From an uncultured Acidobacteriota bacterium (GTDB lineage Bacteria > Acidobacteriota > Vicinamibacteria > Fen-336): a stretch of DNA of 64,000 nt. Below, piece by piece: positions 8,920 to 19,826 of the stretch (positions are counted from its first letter, which is position 1; every line of letters begins with the position of its first letter). The position numbers were made by a program, and so were the translations under genes. The stretch spans positions 480,001 through 544,000 of the forward strand of contig OY970399.1 in the NCBI GenBank assembly GCA_963720545.1, given 5' to 3'. A model generated the notes under the pieces. The model was not told the origin of the DNA. It saw nothing but the letters and a program-made list of their open reading frames with translations, and made no database searches.

Positions 8920-9743
8920 CGACGACTCCTTTTCTTGCCGCCGTCGTCCAGATGACGTCCGGCGAAGACTCCGCCCGCAACCTGGCGCGCGCCAAGGCGC
9001 TGCTCGACGAAGGCGTCGGCCGTGGTGCAACGCTCCTCGGCCTGCCGGAGAACTTCGCGTACCTGCGCACCGAGGGCAGCGCCATGCCCGCGCCACAGGC
9101 GCTCGACGGCGAGTGGGCGCAGTGGGCGGCCGCGTATGCGCGCGACAACGAGGTCACGCTCATCGCGGGCACCATTGCGGAGGCTTCGGCCGATCCTGCC
9201 GAGCGGCGGCCGAGCAACACGTCGCTCGTCTTCGGCCCCGACGGTGCGCGGCTCGGCGTCTACCGCAAGCTGCACCTCTTCGACATCGACGTGCCCGGCA
9301 TGGAGCACCTCAAGGAATCGAAAGGCGTCGCGCCCGGCGGCGAAGTCGTGGTAGCGCAGGCTCCGCAGTGCCGCATCGGCCTCTCAATCTGCTACGACGT
9401 ACGCTTCCCCGAGCTCTATCGACGGCTCATAGACCAGGGCGCCGACGTCCTGGCCGTGCCGTCGGCGTTCACCGAACGCACCGGCCGTGACCACTGGGAG
9501 CTGCTGCTGCGGGCGCGTGCCGCCGAGAACCTCGCCCATGTCCTGGCTCCGGCGCAGTACGGCAAGCACGCGCCCAACCGCGCCTCTTTCGGCCACGCCC
9601 TCATCGCCGGACCTTGGGGCGAGGTGCTCGCCCAGGTTCCAGACGGCGAGGGCATCGCGGTTGCGGCCATCGACCTCGAGCGCCAGGCGCGCCTGCGGCG
9701 CGAGTTGCCGGCGCTTTCGCACCGCCGCCGCGACCTCCTTTGA
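8916..9743 (+). CDS. Carbon-nitrogen hydrolase (Nit1/deaminated glutathione amidase-like)
   Basis: LPEN, YRKLHLFD, ICYDVRFPE (E-K-C triad). Confidence 0.92.
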   Translation: MTTTPFLAAVVQMTSGEDSARNLARAKALLDEGVGRGATLLGLPENFAYLRTEGSAMPAPQALDGEWAQWAAAYARDNEVTLIAGTIAEASADPAERRPSNTSLVFGPDGARLGVYRKLHLFDIDVPGMEHLKESKGVAPGGEVVVAQAPQCRIGLSICYDVRFPELYRRLIDQGADVLAVPSAFTERTGRDHWELLLRARAAENLAHVLAPAQYGKHAPNRASFGHALIAGPWGEVLAQVPDGEGIAVAAIDLERQARLRRELPALSHRRRDLL

Positions 9744-9794
9744 CTGTTTAGGCACAGTCACTTAGAATCGGCTTTTGTGTTTTCCGGAGAGGTC

Positions 9795-10238
9795 ATGACG
9801 AGCAGCAGTAGCAGCTACATCCCCAAGGGCGACCACATCGACCGCGACTGGTACATCGTCGACGCCAAGGACCAGGTCCTCGGCAAGGTTGCCGTGCTCG
9901 TGGCCACCCTGCTGAGCGGCAAGCGCAAGCCCACCTACACGCAGTTTCGCGACATGGGCGACCACGTGGTGGTGATCAACGCGGCCTCGGTGCACCTCAC
10001 CGGCAAGAAGGAAGAGATCAAGAACTACTACAACTACTCGGGCTATCCAGGCGGCATGAAGGCGCAGAACGCCGGCGAGGTGCGCGCGAAGCGCCCCGCC
10101 AAGCTCATCGAGGTCGCGGTTCGCGGGATGCTCCCGAAGACCCGCCTCGGCGAGGCCATGTACCGCAAGCTCCGGGTCTACGCGGGCGACGTGCACCCGC
10201 ACACCGCGCACAAGCCCAAGCCGCTGCCGGTTCGGTAA
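9795..10238 (+). CDS. rplM: 50S ribosomal protein L13
   Basis: WYIVDA, GKRKPTYT, GDHVVVINA, GYPGG, VRGMLPK. Confidence 0.98.
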   Translation: MTSSSSSYIPKGDHIDRDWYIVDAKDQVLGKVAVLVATLLSGKRKPTYTQFRDMGDHVVVINAASVHLTGKKEEIKNYYNYSGYPGGMKAQNAGEVRAKRPAKLIEVAVRGMLPKTRLGEAMYRKLRVYAGDVHPHTAHKPKPLPVR

Positions 10239-10250
10239 CAGGAGACTTCT

Positions 10251-10655
10251 TTGGCGACTGCCACACGCGTCGAGTTCTACGGTACGGGAAAGCGCAAGAC
10301 CGCCATCGCGCGCGTGTTCCTGCGGCCCGGTTCGGGCAATTTCACCATCAACGACCGCACCATCGACCAGTACTTCGGCGGCCATGAGTCGCTGAAGAAC
10401 GTGGCGCGCCAGCCGTTCGCCACCAGCGAGCTCGTGGACCGCTACGATGTCGTCGCGTTGCTACGCGGCGGCGGCGTCAACGCCCAGGCCGAAGCGCTGC
10501 GCCACGGCATCTCGCGAGCGCTGGTTCTGTCGGACGTCGAGCTGCGGCCGGCCCTCAAGAAGGCCGGTCTCCTCACCCGCGACGCGCGCATCAAGGAGCG
10601 CAAGAAGTACGGACAGAAGGGCGCACGCCGCCGCTTCCAGTTCAGCAAGCGCTAG
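10251..10655 (+). CDS. rpsI: 30S ribosomal protein S9
   Basis: [28 protein letters not shown] before TTG. Confidence 0.98.
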   Translation: MATATRVEFYGTGKRKTAIARVFLRPGSGNFTINDRTIDQYFGGHESLKNVARQPFATSELVDRYDVVALLRGGGVNAQAEALRHGISRALVLSDVELRPALKKAGLLTRDARIKERKKYGQKGARRRFQFSKR

Positions 10656-10807
10656 TCAGCGTTCCCCGGCACCCGTCGGCCGGGGAGTCGTAGTCGTCAG
10701 CCGCTAATTCGAGCCGCTCCCGGGAGGACCGGACGGGCCGCCGGGACGGCCGTGAAGCCCCAGGCATTTCGCCGCGGGCTGTGATCGTTCAAAGGAAGAG
10801 AGACGTC

Positions 10808-11677
<870 letters not shown>

Positions 11678-11730
11678 AACGCTTCGGCTCCGGCTACTCA
11701 AAACCGCTTCAGGAATTCACAGGGAAGACC

Positions 11731-12339
11731 ATGACAATCACTGCAGAGATGGTGCGCAGCCTGCGCGAGGAAACCGGCGCGGGCATGATGGAATGCAAGT
11801 CGGCGCTGGTCGAAGCCACCGGCGACGTGGCGGCCGCCCGCGACATCCTTCGCAAGAAGGGCCTGGCGAACGCCGCCAAGAAGGCCGGGCGCGCGGCGAG
11901 CGACGGCGCCATCGGCTCGTACATCCACCCCGGCGCGCGCGTCGGCGTGCTGGTCGAGGTCAACTGCGAAACCGACTTCGTCGCCAAGACCGCCGACTTC
12001 CAGGCGCTGGTCAAGGACATCGCCATGCACATCGCGGCCGCCTCCCCCGCTGCCGCGGTCTACGTGCGCAAGGAAGACGTGCCCGCCGACGTGCTCGAGA
12101 AGGAAAAGGAAATCTACAAGGCGCAGGCGGCGGCCGCCGGCAAGCCCGCGAACGTCCAGGACAAGATCGCCGAGGGCAAGCTGAAGGAGTACTACGCGAG
12201 CTATTGCCTGCTCGAGCAGCCCTTCGTCAAGGAGCCGGGCAAGACCGTGGGCCAGCTGGTCCAGGAGAAGATCGCGATCATCAAGGAGAACATCGTGGTG
12301 CGCCGCTTCGCCCGCTTCAAGCTCGGGGAATCCGCCTAA
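11731..12339 (+). CDS. tsf: Elongation factor Ts (short 202-aa form)
   Basis: LREETGAGMMECK, EVNCETDFVA. Confidence 0.98.
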   Translation: MTITAEMVRSLREETGAGMMECKSALVEATGDVAAARDILRKKGLANAAKKAGRAASDGAIGSYIHPGARVGVLVEVNCETDFVAKTADFQALVKDIAMHIAAASPAAAVYVRKEDVPADVLEKEKEIYKAQAAAAGKPANVQDKIAEGKLKEYYASYCLLEQPFVKEPGKTVGQLVQEKIAIIKENIVVRRFARFKLGESA

Positions 12340-12381
12340 CCGACCCGTTAAAGCGCGGGATTGTTTAGACTCTCGCGCAGC

Positions 12382-13122
12382 ATGCCCGCCTCGAAGTCTG
12401 CCAAGAAGCAGCCGGTCTTCGGCCGCATCCTCCTGAAACTGTCGGGCGAGGCGCTCCTCGGCGACAAGGAATTCGGCATCGACCGCAAGGTCACCGACTA
12501 CCTGGCCGCCGAGATCGAGGAGGTCCACGGCCTGGGGGTCGAGGTGGCGGCGGTGGTGGGCGGCGGCAACATCTTCCGCGGCGTCTCCGATCGCGCCACC
12601 GGCATGGACCGCGTCTCCGCCGACCACATGGGCATGCTGGCGACCATCATCAATGGCCTTGCCCTGCAGGACGCGCTGGAGCGCGCCGGCATCTCCACGC
12701 GCGTGCTGTCCGCGCTCGAGATCCGCGAGGTGGCCGAGCCGTTCATCAGGCGCCGCGCCATCCGCCACCTCGAGAAGAAGCGCGTCGTGATCCTCGCCGC
12801 CGGCACCGGCAACCCGTACTTCTCAACCGACACCGCCGCGGCGCTGCGCGCCATGGAACTGAAGGCGGAGATCATCCTCAAGGGCACCAAGGTGGACGGC
12901 ATCTACGACCGCGATCCCGTCAAGCACCCCGACGCCACCCGCTTCGGCGAGATCTCCTACTTCGACGTGCTGCAGAAGGGCCTGCGGGTGATGGACACCA
13001 CCGCGATCTCGCTGTGCATGGAGAACTCGATCCCGATCATCGTCTACAACATGCGCAAGCCGGGCAACCTGCGCCGCCTCGTGATGGGTGAGAAGCTCGG
13101 CACAATCGTGAAGGAGAAGTAA
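12382..13122 (+). CDS. pyrH: UMP kinase
   Basis: [26 protein letters not shown]. Confidence 0.98.
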   Translation: MPASKSAKKQPVFGRILLKLSGEALLGDKEFGIDRKVTDYLAAEIEEVHGLGVEVAAVVGGGNIFRGVSDRATGMDRVSADHMGMLATIINGLALQDALERAGISTRVLSALEIREVAEPFIRRRAIRHLEKKRVVILAAGTGNPYFSTDTAAALRAMELKAEIILKGTKVDGIYDRDPVKHPDATRFGEISYFDVLQKGLRVMDTTAISLCMENSIPIIVYNMRKPGNLRRLVMGEKLGTIVKEK

Positions 13123-13129
13123 CACCGCC

Positions 13130-13690
13130 ATGTCCGCCCAGACACTGATCGCCGATGCCAAAACCCGCATGAGCGCCACGCTCGACACCGTGCGGCGCGA
13201 GCTCACGTCGATGCGCACCGGCCGCGCCTCGATCGCGATGCTCGACGGGATCAAGGTCGACTACTACGGCACCATGACGCCGCTCAACCAGGTGGGCAAC
13301 CTCCAGGTTCCCGAGGCGTCGCTGATCGTGGTGACGCCGTGGGAGCCGCAGATGGTGCAGGCCATCGAGCGCGCGCTGCGCACCTCGGACCTCGACCTCA
13401 ACCCGCAGTCGGACGGCAAGATGCTGCGCATCCCCATCCCGCCGCTCACCGAGGAGCGCCGCAAGCTGCTGGTGAAGAACGCGCACAAGCACGCCGAGGA
13501 GGGCCGGGTTGCCATCCGCAACGTCCGCCGCGACGTCAACGACCACCTGAAGAGGATGCTGAAGGACCACGAGATCAGCGAAGACGACGAGAAACACGCG
13601 CTCGCCGAGGTCCAGAAGCTGACCGACGGCACCATCAAGACGATTGATGAAGTGCTGGCGAAGAAGGAAGCCGAGATCATGGAGGTGTAG
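13130..13690 (+). CDS. frr: Ribosome recycling factor
   Basis: RTGRA, PPLTEERR, IRNVRRD. Confidence 0.98.
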   Translation: MSAQTLIADAKTRMSATLDTVRRELTSMRTGRASIAMLDGIKVDYYGTMTPLNQVGNLQVPEASLIVVTPWEPQMVQAIERALRTSDLDLNPQSDGKMLRIPIPPLTEERRKLLVKNAHKHAEEGRVAIRNVRRDVNDHLKRMLKDHEISEDDEKHALAEVQKLTDGTIKTIDEVLAKKEAEIMEV

Positions 13691-13694
13691 GGCC

Positions 13695-14867
13695 ATGGCC
13701 CTCACGCACCTCGAGTGCGGCCGTTGCCAGAAGCAGTACGACGCGACCCAGGTGCAGGCGCTTTGCGACTGCGGCGGGCCGCTCCTGGCCCGCTACGACC
13801 TCGACGCCGCCGCCCGCGACATGCGCCCCGGCCACCTGGAGCTGCGCGAGCGCACCATGTGGCGCTACCGCGAAGTGCTGCCGCTGAACGAACGCCACCA
13901 GGACCGCCTGTCGCTCGGTGAAGGCTTCACGCCGCTGCTCGGCGCGGCCAGGCTCGGCGCTGCCGTGGGCCTGCCCGGCCTGCTGATCAAGGACGAAGGC
14001 GGCAACCCCACGGGATCGTTCAAGGCGCGCGGTATGGCGATGGCGGTGTCGATGGCACGCGCGCTCGGCGCCACCACCGTATGCGCACCCTCGGCGGGCA
14101 ACGCCGGTAGCGCGCTCGCGGCCTATGCGGCGCGCGGCGGCATCGCGGCGAAGGTGTTCGTGCCGAAGGACATCCCGAGCCTGTTCGTGATGGAGACGAC
14201 CGCGTACGGCGCCGAGGTGGAGAAGGTGGACGGCCTCATCGACGCCGCCGGCAGGCGCTGCGCCGAAGAGGCGCGCCGCTTCGGCTGGTACGACTGCGCG
14301 ACGCTCAAGGAGCCGTACCGCATCGAAGGCAAGAAGACGATGGGCTACGAGATCGCCGAGCAGATGAAGTGGACGCTGCCCGATGCCATCCTCTACCCCA
14401 CCGGCGGCGGCACCGGCCTCATCGGCATGTGGAAGGCGTTCGCCGAGCTCGAGGCCATGGGCTTCATCGGCGCGAGCCGCCCGCGGATGTACGCGGTGCA
14501 GGCGGAGGGTTGCGCGCCGATGGTGAAGGCCTTCCAGGAAGGCAAGGACAGCGCCGAGCCGTGGCCCGACGCGCAGACGCTGGCGCACGGGCTGCGCGTG
14601 CCGCGCGCCATCGGCGACTTCCTCATCCTGCGCGCGCTGCGCGACAGCAAGGGCGGTGCGGTCGCCGTCTCCGAAACCGAGATCATCCAGGGCGTGAAGG
14701 ATGCGGCGCGCAGCGAAGGCCTCTTCATGTGCCCCGAGGGCGGCGCGTGCGTAGCCGCGGCGATGAAGCTCCGCGCCGCCGGCGCCCTGGCGCCGGAAGA
14801 CACCGTGGTCCTGTTCAACACCGGGACCGGCTACAAGTACGTCGAAAACCTGCAGCCGCTCTGGTGA
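13695..14867 (+). CDS. thrC: Threonine synthase-like PLP enzyme (fold II, N-terminal Zn ribbon)
   Basis: NPTGSFKARG, SAGNAG, EGKKT, PTGGGTG. Confidence 0.85.
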   Translation: MALTHLECGRCQKQYDATQVQALCDCGGPLLARYDLDAAARDMRPGHLELRERTMWRYREVLPLNERHQDRLSLGEGFTPLLGAARLGAAVGLPGLLIKDEGGNPTGSFKARGMAMAVSMARALGATTVCAPSAGNAGSALAAYAARGGIAAKVFVPKDIPSLFVMETTAYGAEVEKVDGLIDAAGRRCAEEARRFGWYDCATLKEPYRIEGKKTMGYEIAEQMKWTLPDAILYPTGGGTGLIGMWKAFAELEAMGFIGASRPRMYAVQAEGCAPMVKAFQEGKDSAEPWPDAQTLAHGLRVPRAIGDFLILRALRDSKGGAVAVSETEIIQGVKDAARSEGLFMCPEGGACVAAAMKLRAAGALAPEDTVVLFNTGTGYKYVENLQPLW

Positions 14868-16036
14868 GCGTCCGCCTCTACCTCGACGATCCCGACCTTC
14901 TCGAGTTCGACGCAACCGTCGTCGACCGGCGGCTGGTCGCTGGCGAGCACGCCGTGGTCCTCGACCGCACCGCTTTCTATCCGGAGGGCGGCGGCCAGCC
15001 CTGGGACACCGGTTCGCTGGGCGGCGCCACGGTGCGCAAGGTCGTGTACGACGGCGACGCCGTGCTGCACTTTGTCGATCGGGAGCTGGCCGAGACGCAG
15101 GTCCGCGGCCGGGTTGACGCCGCGCGGCGCCGCGACCACATGCAGCAGCACCACGGCCAGCACCTGCTCTCGCGCGCCGTCCTCGAGGTTGCCAGCGGCA
15201 GGACCACCAGCTTCCACCTGGGGGCGAGCGATTCGTCGATCGACATCGACAAGGAGTTGAGCCCGCAGCAGGTAGCCGCCGCCGAGTCCCGCGTCAACGA
15301 CGTCATCTGGGAGAACCGCCCCGTCAGCGTGCGCACCGTGACGCGCGCGCAAGCCGAGGCCATCGGCGTGCAGGCGGCTGCCGAAGCCGGCGATGCGATC
15401 CGGCTGGTGGAAGCCGAGGGCTTCGACCTGCAGCCCTGCGGCGGCACGCACCCGCGATCGACTGCCGCGGTGGGCGTGGTCCTCATCACCGGCCAGGAGC
15501 GCTACAAGAGCGGCTCGCGGGTGCACTTCGTCTGCGGCGTGCGCGCCCTCGAGGTGTCACGCCAGCGACGCGACACGCTCGCGCGCATCGGCAACGCGCT
15601 GTCGGCGCCGCCGGAGGAAGCCGCCACGGCCGTGGAGCGAGCGGTAGGGCGCATGGCCGATGCCGAGAAGGCGCAGCAGGCCCTCATGAACCGCCTCATC
15701 GAACTGGAGGCCGAACGCCTGCGCGCCGCCGCCGACGGAGTCGTGCGCGCGCGTCTCGATGGCTGGGCGATCGCCGACCTCCGCTCGCTCGCGCAGCTGC
15801 TGCTCGGTGGCGGTGCAACGCTCGTGGTCCTTGGCGGAGTACGCGACCAGGCGGCCAACATCCTCATGGGAACCAGCCGCGAAGGCGCCGATCTCAGGCC
15901 GTCGCTGGCGGCGGCGTTGCCGCACATTGGCGGCAAGGGCGGCGGCAAGCCAGGTCTCGTCCAGGGTAGCGGCCCGAATGCCAACGGCCTCGATGCGGCC
16001 CTCAGTGCCGCTGTCGCCAGCCTGCCGCATTCCTGA
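14864..16036 (+). CDS. Alanyl-tRNA editing protein (AlaX-L type, with DHHA1)
   Basis: FYPEGGGQ, HHGQH, CGGTH, GGKGGG; GTG overlaps thrC stop. Confidence 0.9.
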   Translation: MSVRLYLDDPDLLEFDATVVDRRLVAGEHAVVLDRTAFYPEGGGQPWDTGSLGGATVRKVVYDGDAVLHFVDRELAETQVRGRVDAARRRDHMQQHHGQHLLSRAVLEVASGRTTSFHLGASDSSIDIDKELSPQQVAAAESRVNDVIWENRPVSVRTVTRAQAEAIGVQAAAEAGDAIRLVEAEGFDLQPCGGTHPRSTAAVGVVLITGQERYKSGSRVHFVCGVRALEVSRQRRDTLARIGNALSAPPEEAATAVERAVGRMADAEKAQQALMNRLIELEAERLRAAADGVVRARLDGWAIADLRSLAQLLLGGGATLVVLGGVRDQAANILMGTSREGADLRPSLAAALPHIGGKGGGKPGLVQGSGPNANGLDAALSAAVASLPHS

Positions 16037-16137
16037 CCCGTCGCTGTCGTTTCGTCTTTTCCGCTGTCTAACAGTCACAGTGCTGCTAGATGACAGCAAA
16101 ACACTTCTGCTCCCTGCCGGCGACGCAAGCTGACAAG

Positions 16138-16202
16138 ATTTCCGCACGACGTCCACAGCGGATCCACAGGTTTTCCACGAGTGATCCGCAGAACTCTGCA
16201 CA
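16138..16202 (+). repeat. Phased array of six degenerate DnaA-box-like 9-mers
   Basis: ATTTCCGCA, ACGTCCACA, GGATCCACA, TTTTCCACG, TGATCCGCA, CTCTGCACA at 11,11,11,11,12 bp spacing. Confidence 0.65.
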
Positions 16203-16211
16203 GCGTCGATG

Positions 16212-17267
16212 TCACGGTGCGGGCGCCATCGGCACCGGTAGCACAGCGAGGGCCGAGAGCGCGCCGACGAGCACAATGTACTGCACCAGGGTGGTCCGTT
16301 CGCCGGCGGCGGGTGCGGTGCGGCGCCAGGCCTCGAAGGCGGTCACCGCCGCGAGGATGATGAGCAGCCCTTCGCCTGTAGCGAACCACGCTGCGGCGAG
16401 CGCGGCCGCGGCCAGCCAGCGCTGCAGGCGACTGAGCGCGATGAACGCTCGCGAACCGTCGAGCTGCCACACCGGCAAGAGGTTGAAGAGGTTGATCCAG
16501 GCGCCCCAGCGTGCAATGGCGGCCAGGATCGGCGCGCCCGTCGCTGCGTGCAACAGCCATGCGCCGATCGCCGCGGCCAGTCCCCACATCGGTCCGGCGA
16601 GCCCGACCCGCGCGTTCTCGGCCGGGTTTGCCAGCTGTTGCCGGATGCGGACAAGCGCGCCAAACCCCGGTATGAACATCGGCGCGGAACCGCGGATGCC
16701 GAACCGACGGAGCGCGTCCACGTGGCCCATCTCGTGGATGTAGATGGAAACGATGAGGCCAAGGGCAAGTTTCCAGCCGAAGGCCGCCCAGTAGACGCCG
16801 AGCGAGAGCAGCATCGAACCCATCGTCGCTGCGTTGCCAAACCCGAGCGCCAGAAACTTGCCGTTGGCGACCAGGAGACCGAGCACCGCCTTCAGCTTCC
16901 AGACTGCGAAGGAAACGGCGGCCACTAAGCCGCCGCCTTGCCAAAGCTTCGGCTGCGCGGGTGCGGCAGGGTCGGCCAGGGCGCCGACGCGCCGCGACAA
17001 CTCGTCGACCTTGGCCGCAACCGTCTGGTACTGGCGCGTGTCGGGAGGCAGGAAGTCGAGCGCCTCACGCCACGCGGCAAGTTCCGCACGGACATTCCCA
17101 TCGCCGGCGGCGAGCGCCGCGCTTGCCGCCAGTTCCTTGAGCTTCACCGCATGAACGAGCGCGTGGCACGCCGGGCAGCTACGGCGCGCGGCCGACACCT
17201 CGGTGCCGCATTGCGTGCAGCGTGTCGCGGCGAAGACGTCAGGAACGGCCGATGTCGTAGGGCCCAA
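16212..17267 (-). CDS. Site-2 protease (M50) with N-terminal Zn ribbon; start uncertain
   Basis: HEMGH, LAGP, NLLPVWQLDG; CTQC...CPAC. Confidence 0.9.
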   Translation of the reverse strand: MGPTTSAVPDVFAATRCTQCGTEVSAARRSCPACHALVHAVKLKELAASAALAAGDGNVRAELAAWREALDFLPPDTRQYQTVAAKVDELSRRVGALADPAAPAQPKLWQGGGLVAAVSFAVWKLKAVLGLLVANGKFLALGFGNAATMGSMLLSLGVYWAAFGWKLALGLIVSIYIHEMGHVDALRRFGIRGSAPMFIPGFGALVRIRQQLANPAENARVGLAGPMWGLAAAIGAWLLHAATGAPILAAIARWGAWINLFNLLPVWQLDGSRAFIALSRLQRWLAAAALAAAWFATGEGLLIILAAVTAFEAWRRTAPAAGERTTLVQYIVLVGALSALAVLPVPMAPAP

Positions 17268-18006
17268 GGACTTCGAACTGCGGCCGCCGGTTGATTTTCC
17301 ACGCCTGCCATAGGCCGATAGCGATGATCAGAATGCCGACGATGTTTTGGAAGCCGGCGAGGAAGGGCACGACCGCCGCGAACCCGAAAATGAACAGGAT
17401 CGCGAGCAGGGCATCTCGCACGGATACGGGGTCGTTCGCCGCTGCCCCTGGGGTGGCCGTGGCAGGAGCGTTTACGGGTTTCACGGCGGCTGCGGCCTTG
17501 CCATCGGCGCCGGCGGCCTCTTTTTGCGCTTGCTCCCGATACGAGGTGATGATCAGCGGGATGTAGGTCGAGACGATCGCCATGTAAGTGAGAAACACCG
17601 CAAGGCATTGGTAGGCAAGGCCGCCCCTGCCGCCCGCACCCCAGTGCACGCCCTTGCCGACCAGCCACCCCACCAGGATGGCGATGATCGCCAGCTCGTA
17701 GTTGGTAATTTTCAATACCGCGAAGTAGATACCGGCGCCGACAATCGCTCCGGCCACCCCGCCGGCAACCGACTTCAGGAAGCCGAGCGGCCCCGGTCGG
17801 ATGGCGAGGTCGGCTGCCGCCTGATCGCGGCAAGCAGCGCACAAGGACCTGCCATTGAGGTCGTAGTACTCCGTAGTGAGCGCCGCCTCGCAGCGCACGC
17901 ACCGCATTCCCACCGTTCCCTGCTCATGTTGGGGCTGCGAATGGTCGGCGCGGTCAAATTGCAGCTCCTCCCGCGCAGACGGCTCTGCGGTTGGCTCGTC
18001 GGCCAT
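17239..18006 (-). CDS. Membrane protein with N-terminal Zn ribbon
   Basis: AGGAGG before ATG 18006; CVRC...CAAC then about 5 TM helices. Confidence 0.75.
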   Translation of the reverse strand: MADEPTAEPSAREELQFDRADHSQPQHEQGTVGMRCVRCEAALTTEYYDLNGRSLCAACRDQAAADLAIRPGPLGFLKSVAGGVAGAIVGAGIYFAVLKITNYELAIIAILVGWLVGKGVHWGAGGRGGLAYQCLAVFLTYMAIVSTYIPLIITSYREQAQKEAAGADGKAAAAVKPVNAPATATPGAAANDPVSVRDALLAILFIFGFAAVVPFLAGFQNIVGILIIAIGLWQAWKINRRPQFEVLGPYDIGRS

Positions 18007-18085
18007 GGCGCCTCCTGATGCGGCCCAACGTTGCCACGTTTGCCGGATTTGCTCAAGACCGGCGGACGACGGTGGCGACGACCCG

Positions 18086-19757
18086 CTAGTACGGCAGCCT
18101 GCCGAGACCCGGTTCGCCAAGTCGATAAATGAACATCGAACCCGCTCGTGCGTCCGGCATCCGGTTCTGTAAGGCGCGGTAGCGCGGGTTGCCGGGCGGG
18201 TCGAAGAGGCCGACCAGCATGTTGGCGCTGACTGCGACGACGCCGTGCAGCTCGTTGGTGCCGTTCGAGCTGTAGAGATGCGCCCCCGGCAGGTCGTCGT
18301 GCATGAAGCCGTAGCGGTCAGGGTCGTCGCAGCCGTGGTAGGCGAGCGACACACGCTCGACGCGTTCCTTCTTGAGCCAGGCGCTGAGGCGCGGCAGGTC
18401 CTGGCCCCAGTCGAGGTTCGAGTCGATGAGCACGCGGTGCCCCTCGAGCCGGCCGCCCGCAACCCGGTTGAAGAACGTGAGGTAGCCGTTCGGCGCTGCG
18501 AACAGCGCGGCTGCCGCCTGCGCAGCGACGAGCGCTCCGATCATCAGCTTGCCGCGCGGCCGCTCGACTACTTTCACCAGGCCCGCGGCAGCGAGCAGCG
18601 CGAGATATGGGTAGACCGCGAGCACGTAGCGCTCGCCGATCTGGATGCGGCCCATCGACATCGCGCCGAGCAAAATGACGATGGGCAGTCCCCAGTGGCG
18701 CAGCGGCACCGACGGGCTTCGATACCAGACGAGCAGACCGAGCGCCGACAGCGCACAGTGCCAGGAATGCGAGCGGGCTCTTCGCGAGCAGCGCCACCAG
18801 GTAGTAGTGCGGCCAGCCTTCCGTGGACAGCTCGCCGAGCAGGAACGTCTGGTGGCCGGAGGCGTTGTGCTCGAGGATGAAGCGCGCGCCTTCGAGATAG
18901 GCCTCCGGCAGCAGGCGATGTGCCTCGAAACAGCCGACGAGCCGGCCGGCGGCGCCGAGGTGCGCGCCAATCGGCTGGGCGACGCTGGCACCGGGCCACG
19001 GCGCGTAGCGAAAGCCGTACAGGCCCCAGACGATGAAGGGAGCGACCGCCGCCGCCGCGAGCACCAGCAGGAGCGCCGGCTTCAACCCGGGCCGCTTGAT
19101 GTGCCCGCGACCGGCCTGCGCCGCCCACAGGACGGCGAACACGATCACCTGCAGCACCATCGTGAGCCGTGCGCCGAGGCCAAATCCAAGGCTCGCCGCA
19201 ACCGCAAGCGCCCACAACACGCTCGGATCCCTGAGCCATCGCCAGAAAACCCACGACGTCAGCACCATGAAGAACGCGGCGGGCACGTCGGTGGTCACGA
19301 GGTGGCCGTGCGCGAGCAAGGACGGATGGAAAACCAGCAGGCTCGCGGCAATGACGGCGCCTTTCGGGCCGAGCACCTCGCCTGCCCAGAGCGCCACGAG
19401 CCCGACGAGCAGCACCGCCCAGGCGAAGTGCCAGGTGCGCGCGCGCAGCAACACCGGCAGGTGCACGTTGTCCACGTGCAGGAACTGGAACGCGGAGCGC
19501 CACTCGTCCTCGGGCGTTGCGGGCGGGGGGTCGATGCGCAGGGGCATGCCGAGGAAGCCCATGGCCGCCCATTGCTTCGCGAGCGGTGGCTGCTCCGGGT
19601 TCAGGCGGAAGTCGCCGTCGTACAGATGCCGATAGCCCGCATGGACGTAGACGAGCTCGTCGATCGTGACGCCGTCCGTCGCCGCGCCGTATCGCAGCTG
19701 CGCCATCAGAGCCAGGAGCAGAACGCCGAGGACCGCAAACGCCGTTCGCCGCTCCAC
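18086..19757 (-). pseudogene. ArnT/PMT-like (GT-C) glycosyltransferase split by a single frameshift near 18757
   Basis: 5' frame has TIDE, LNPEQPPLAK, HGHLVTTD; other frame continues IQIGERYVL, DSNLDWGQDL. Confidence 0.8.
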
Positions 19758-19826
19758 AGCCCTACACAGCCTTTCCGCAGGCTATCGACAGGCTCTTCAA
19801 CAGCTTTCCAACAGCTTCTTCCACAG
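19750..19826 (+). repeat. Phased array of seven degenerate DnaA-box-like 9-mers
   Basis: CGCTCCACA, CCCTACACA, CTTTCCGCA, CTATCGACA, TCTTCAACA, TTTCCAACA, TCTTCCACA, each followed by G; spacing 10-12 bp. Confidence 0.65.

Noticed and set aside
11731..12339. EF-Ts looks truncated
   Set aside because: The ~200-aa form is a known natural variant (Thermus/cyanobacterial type) with normal termini
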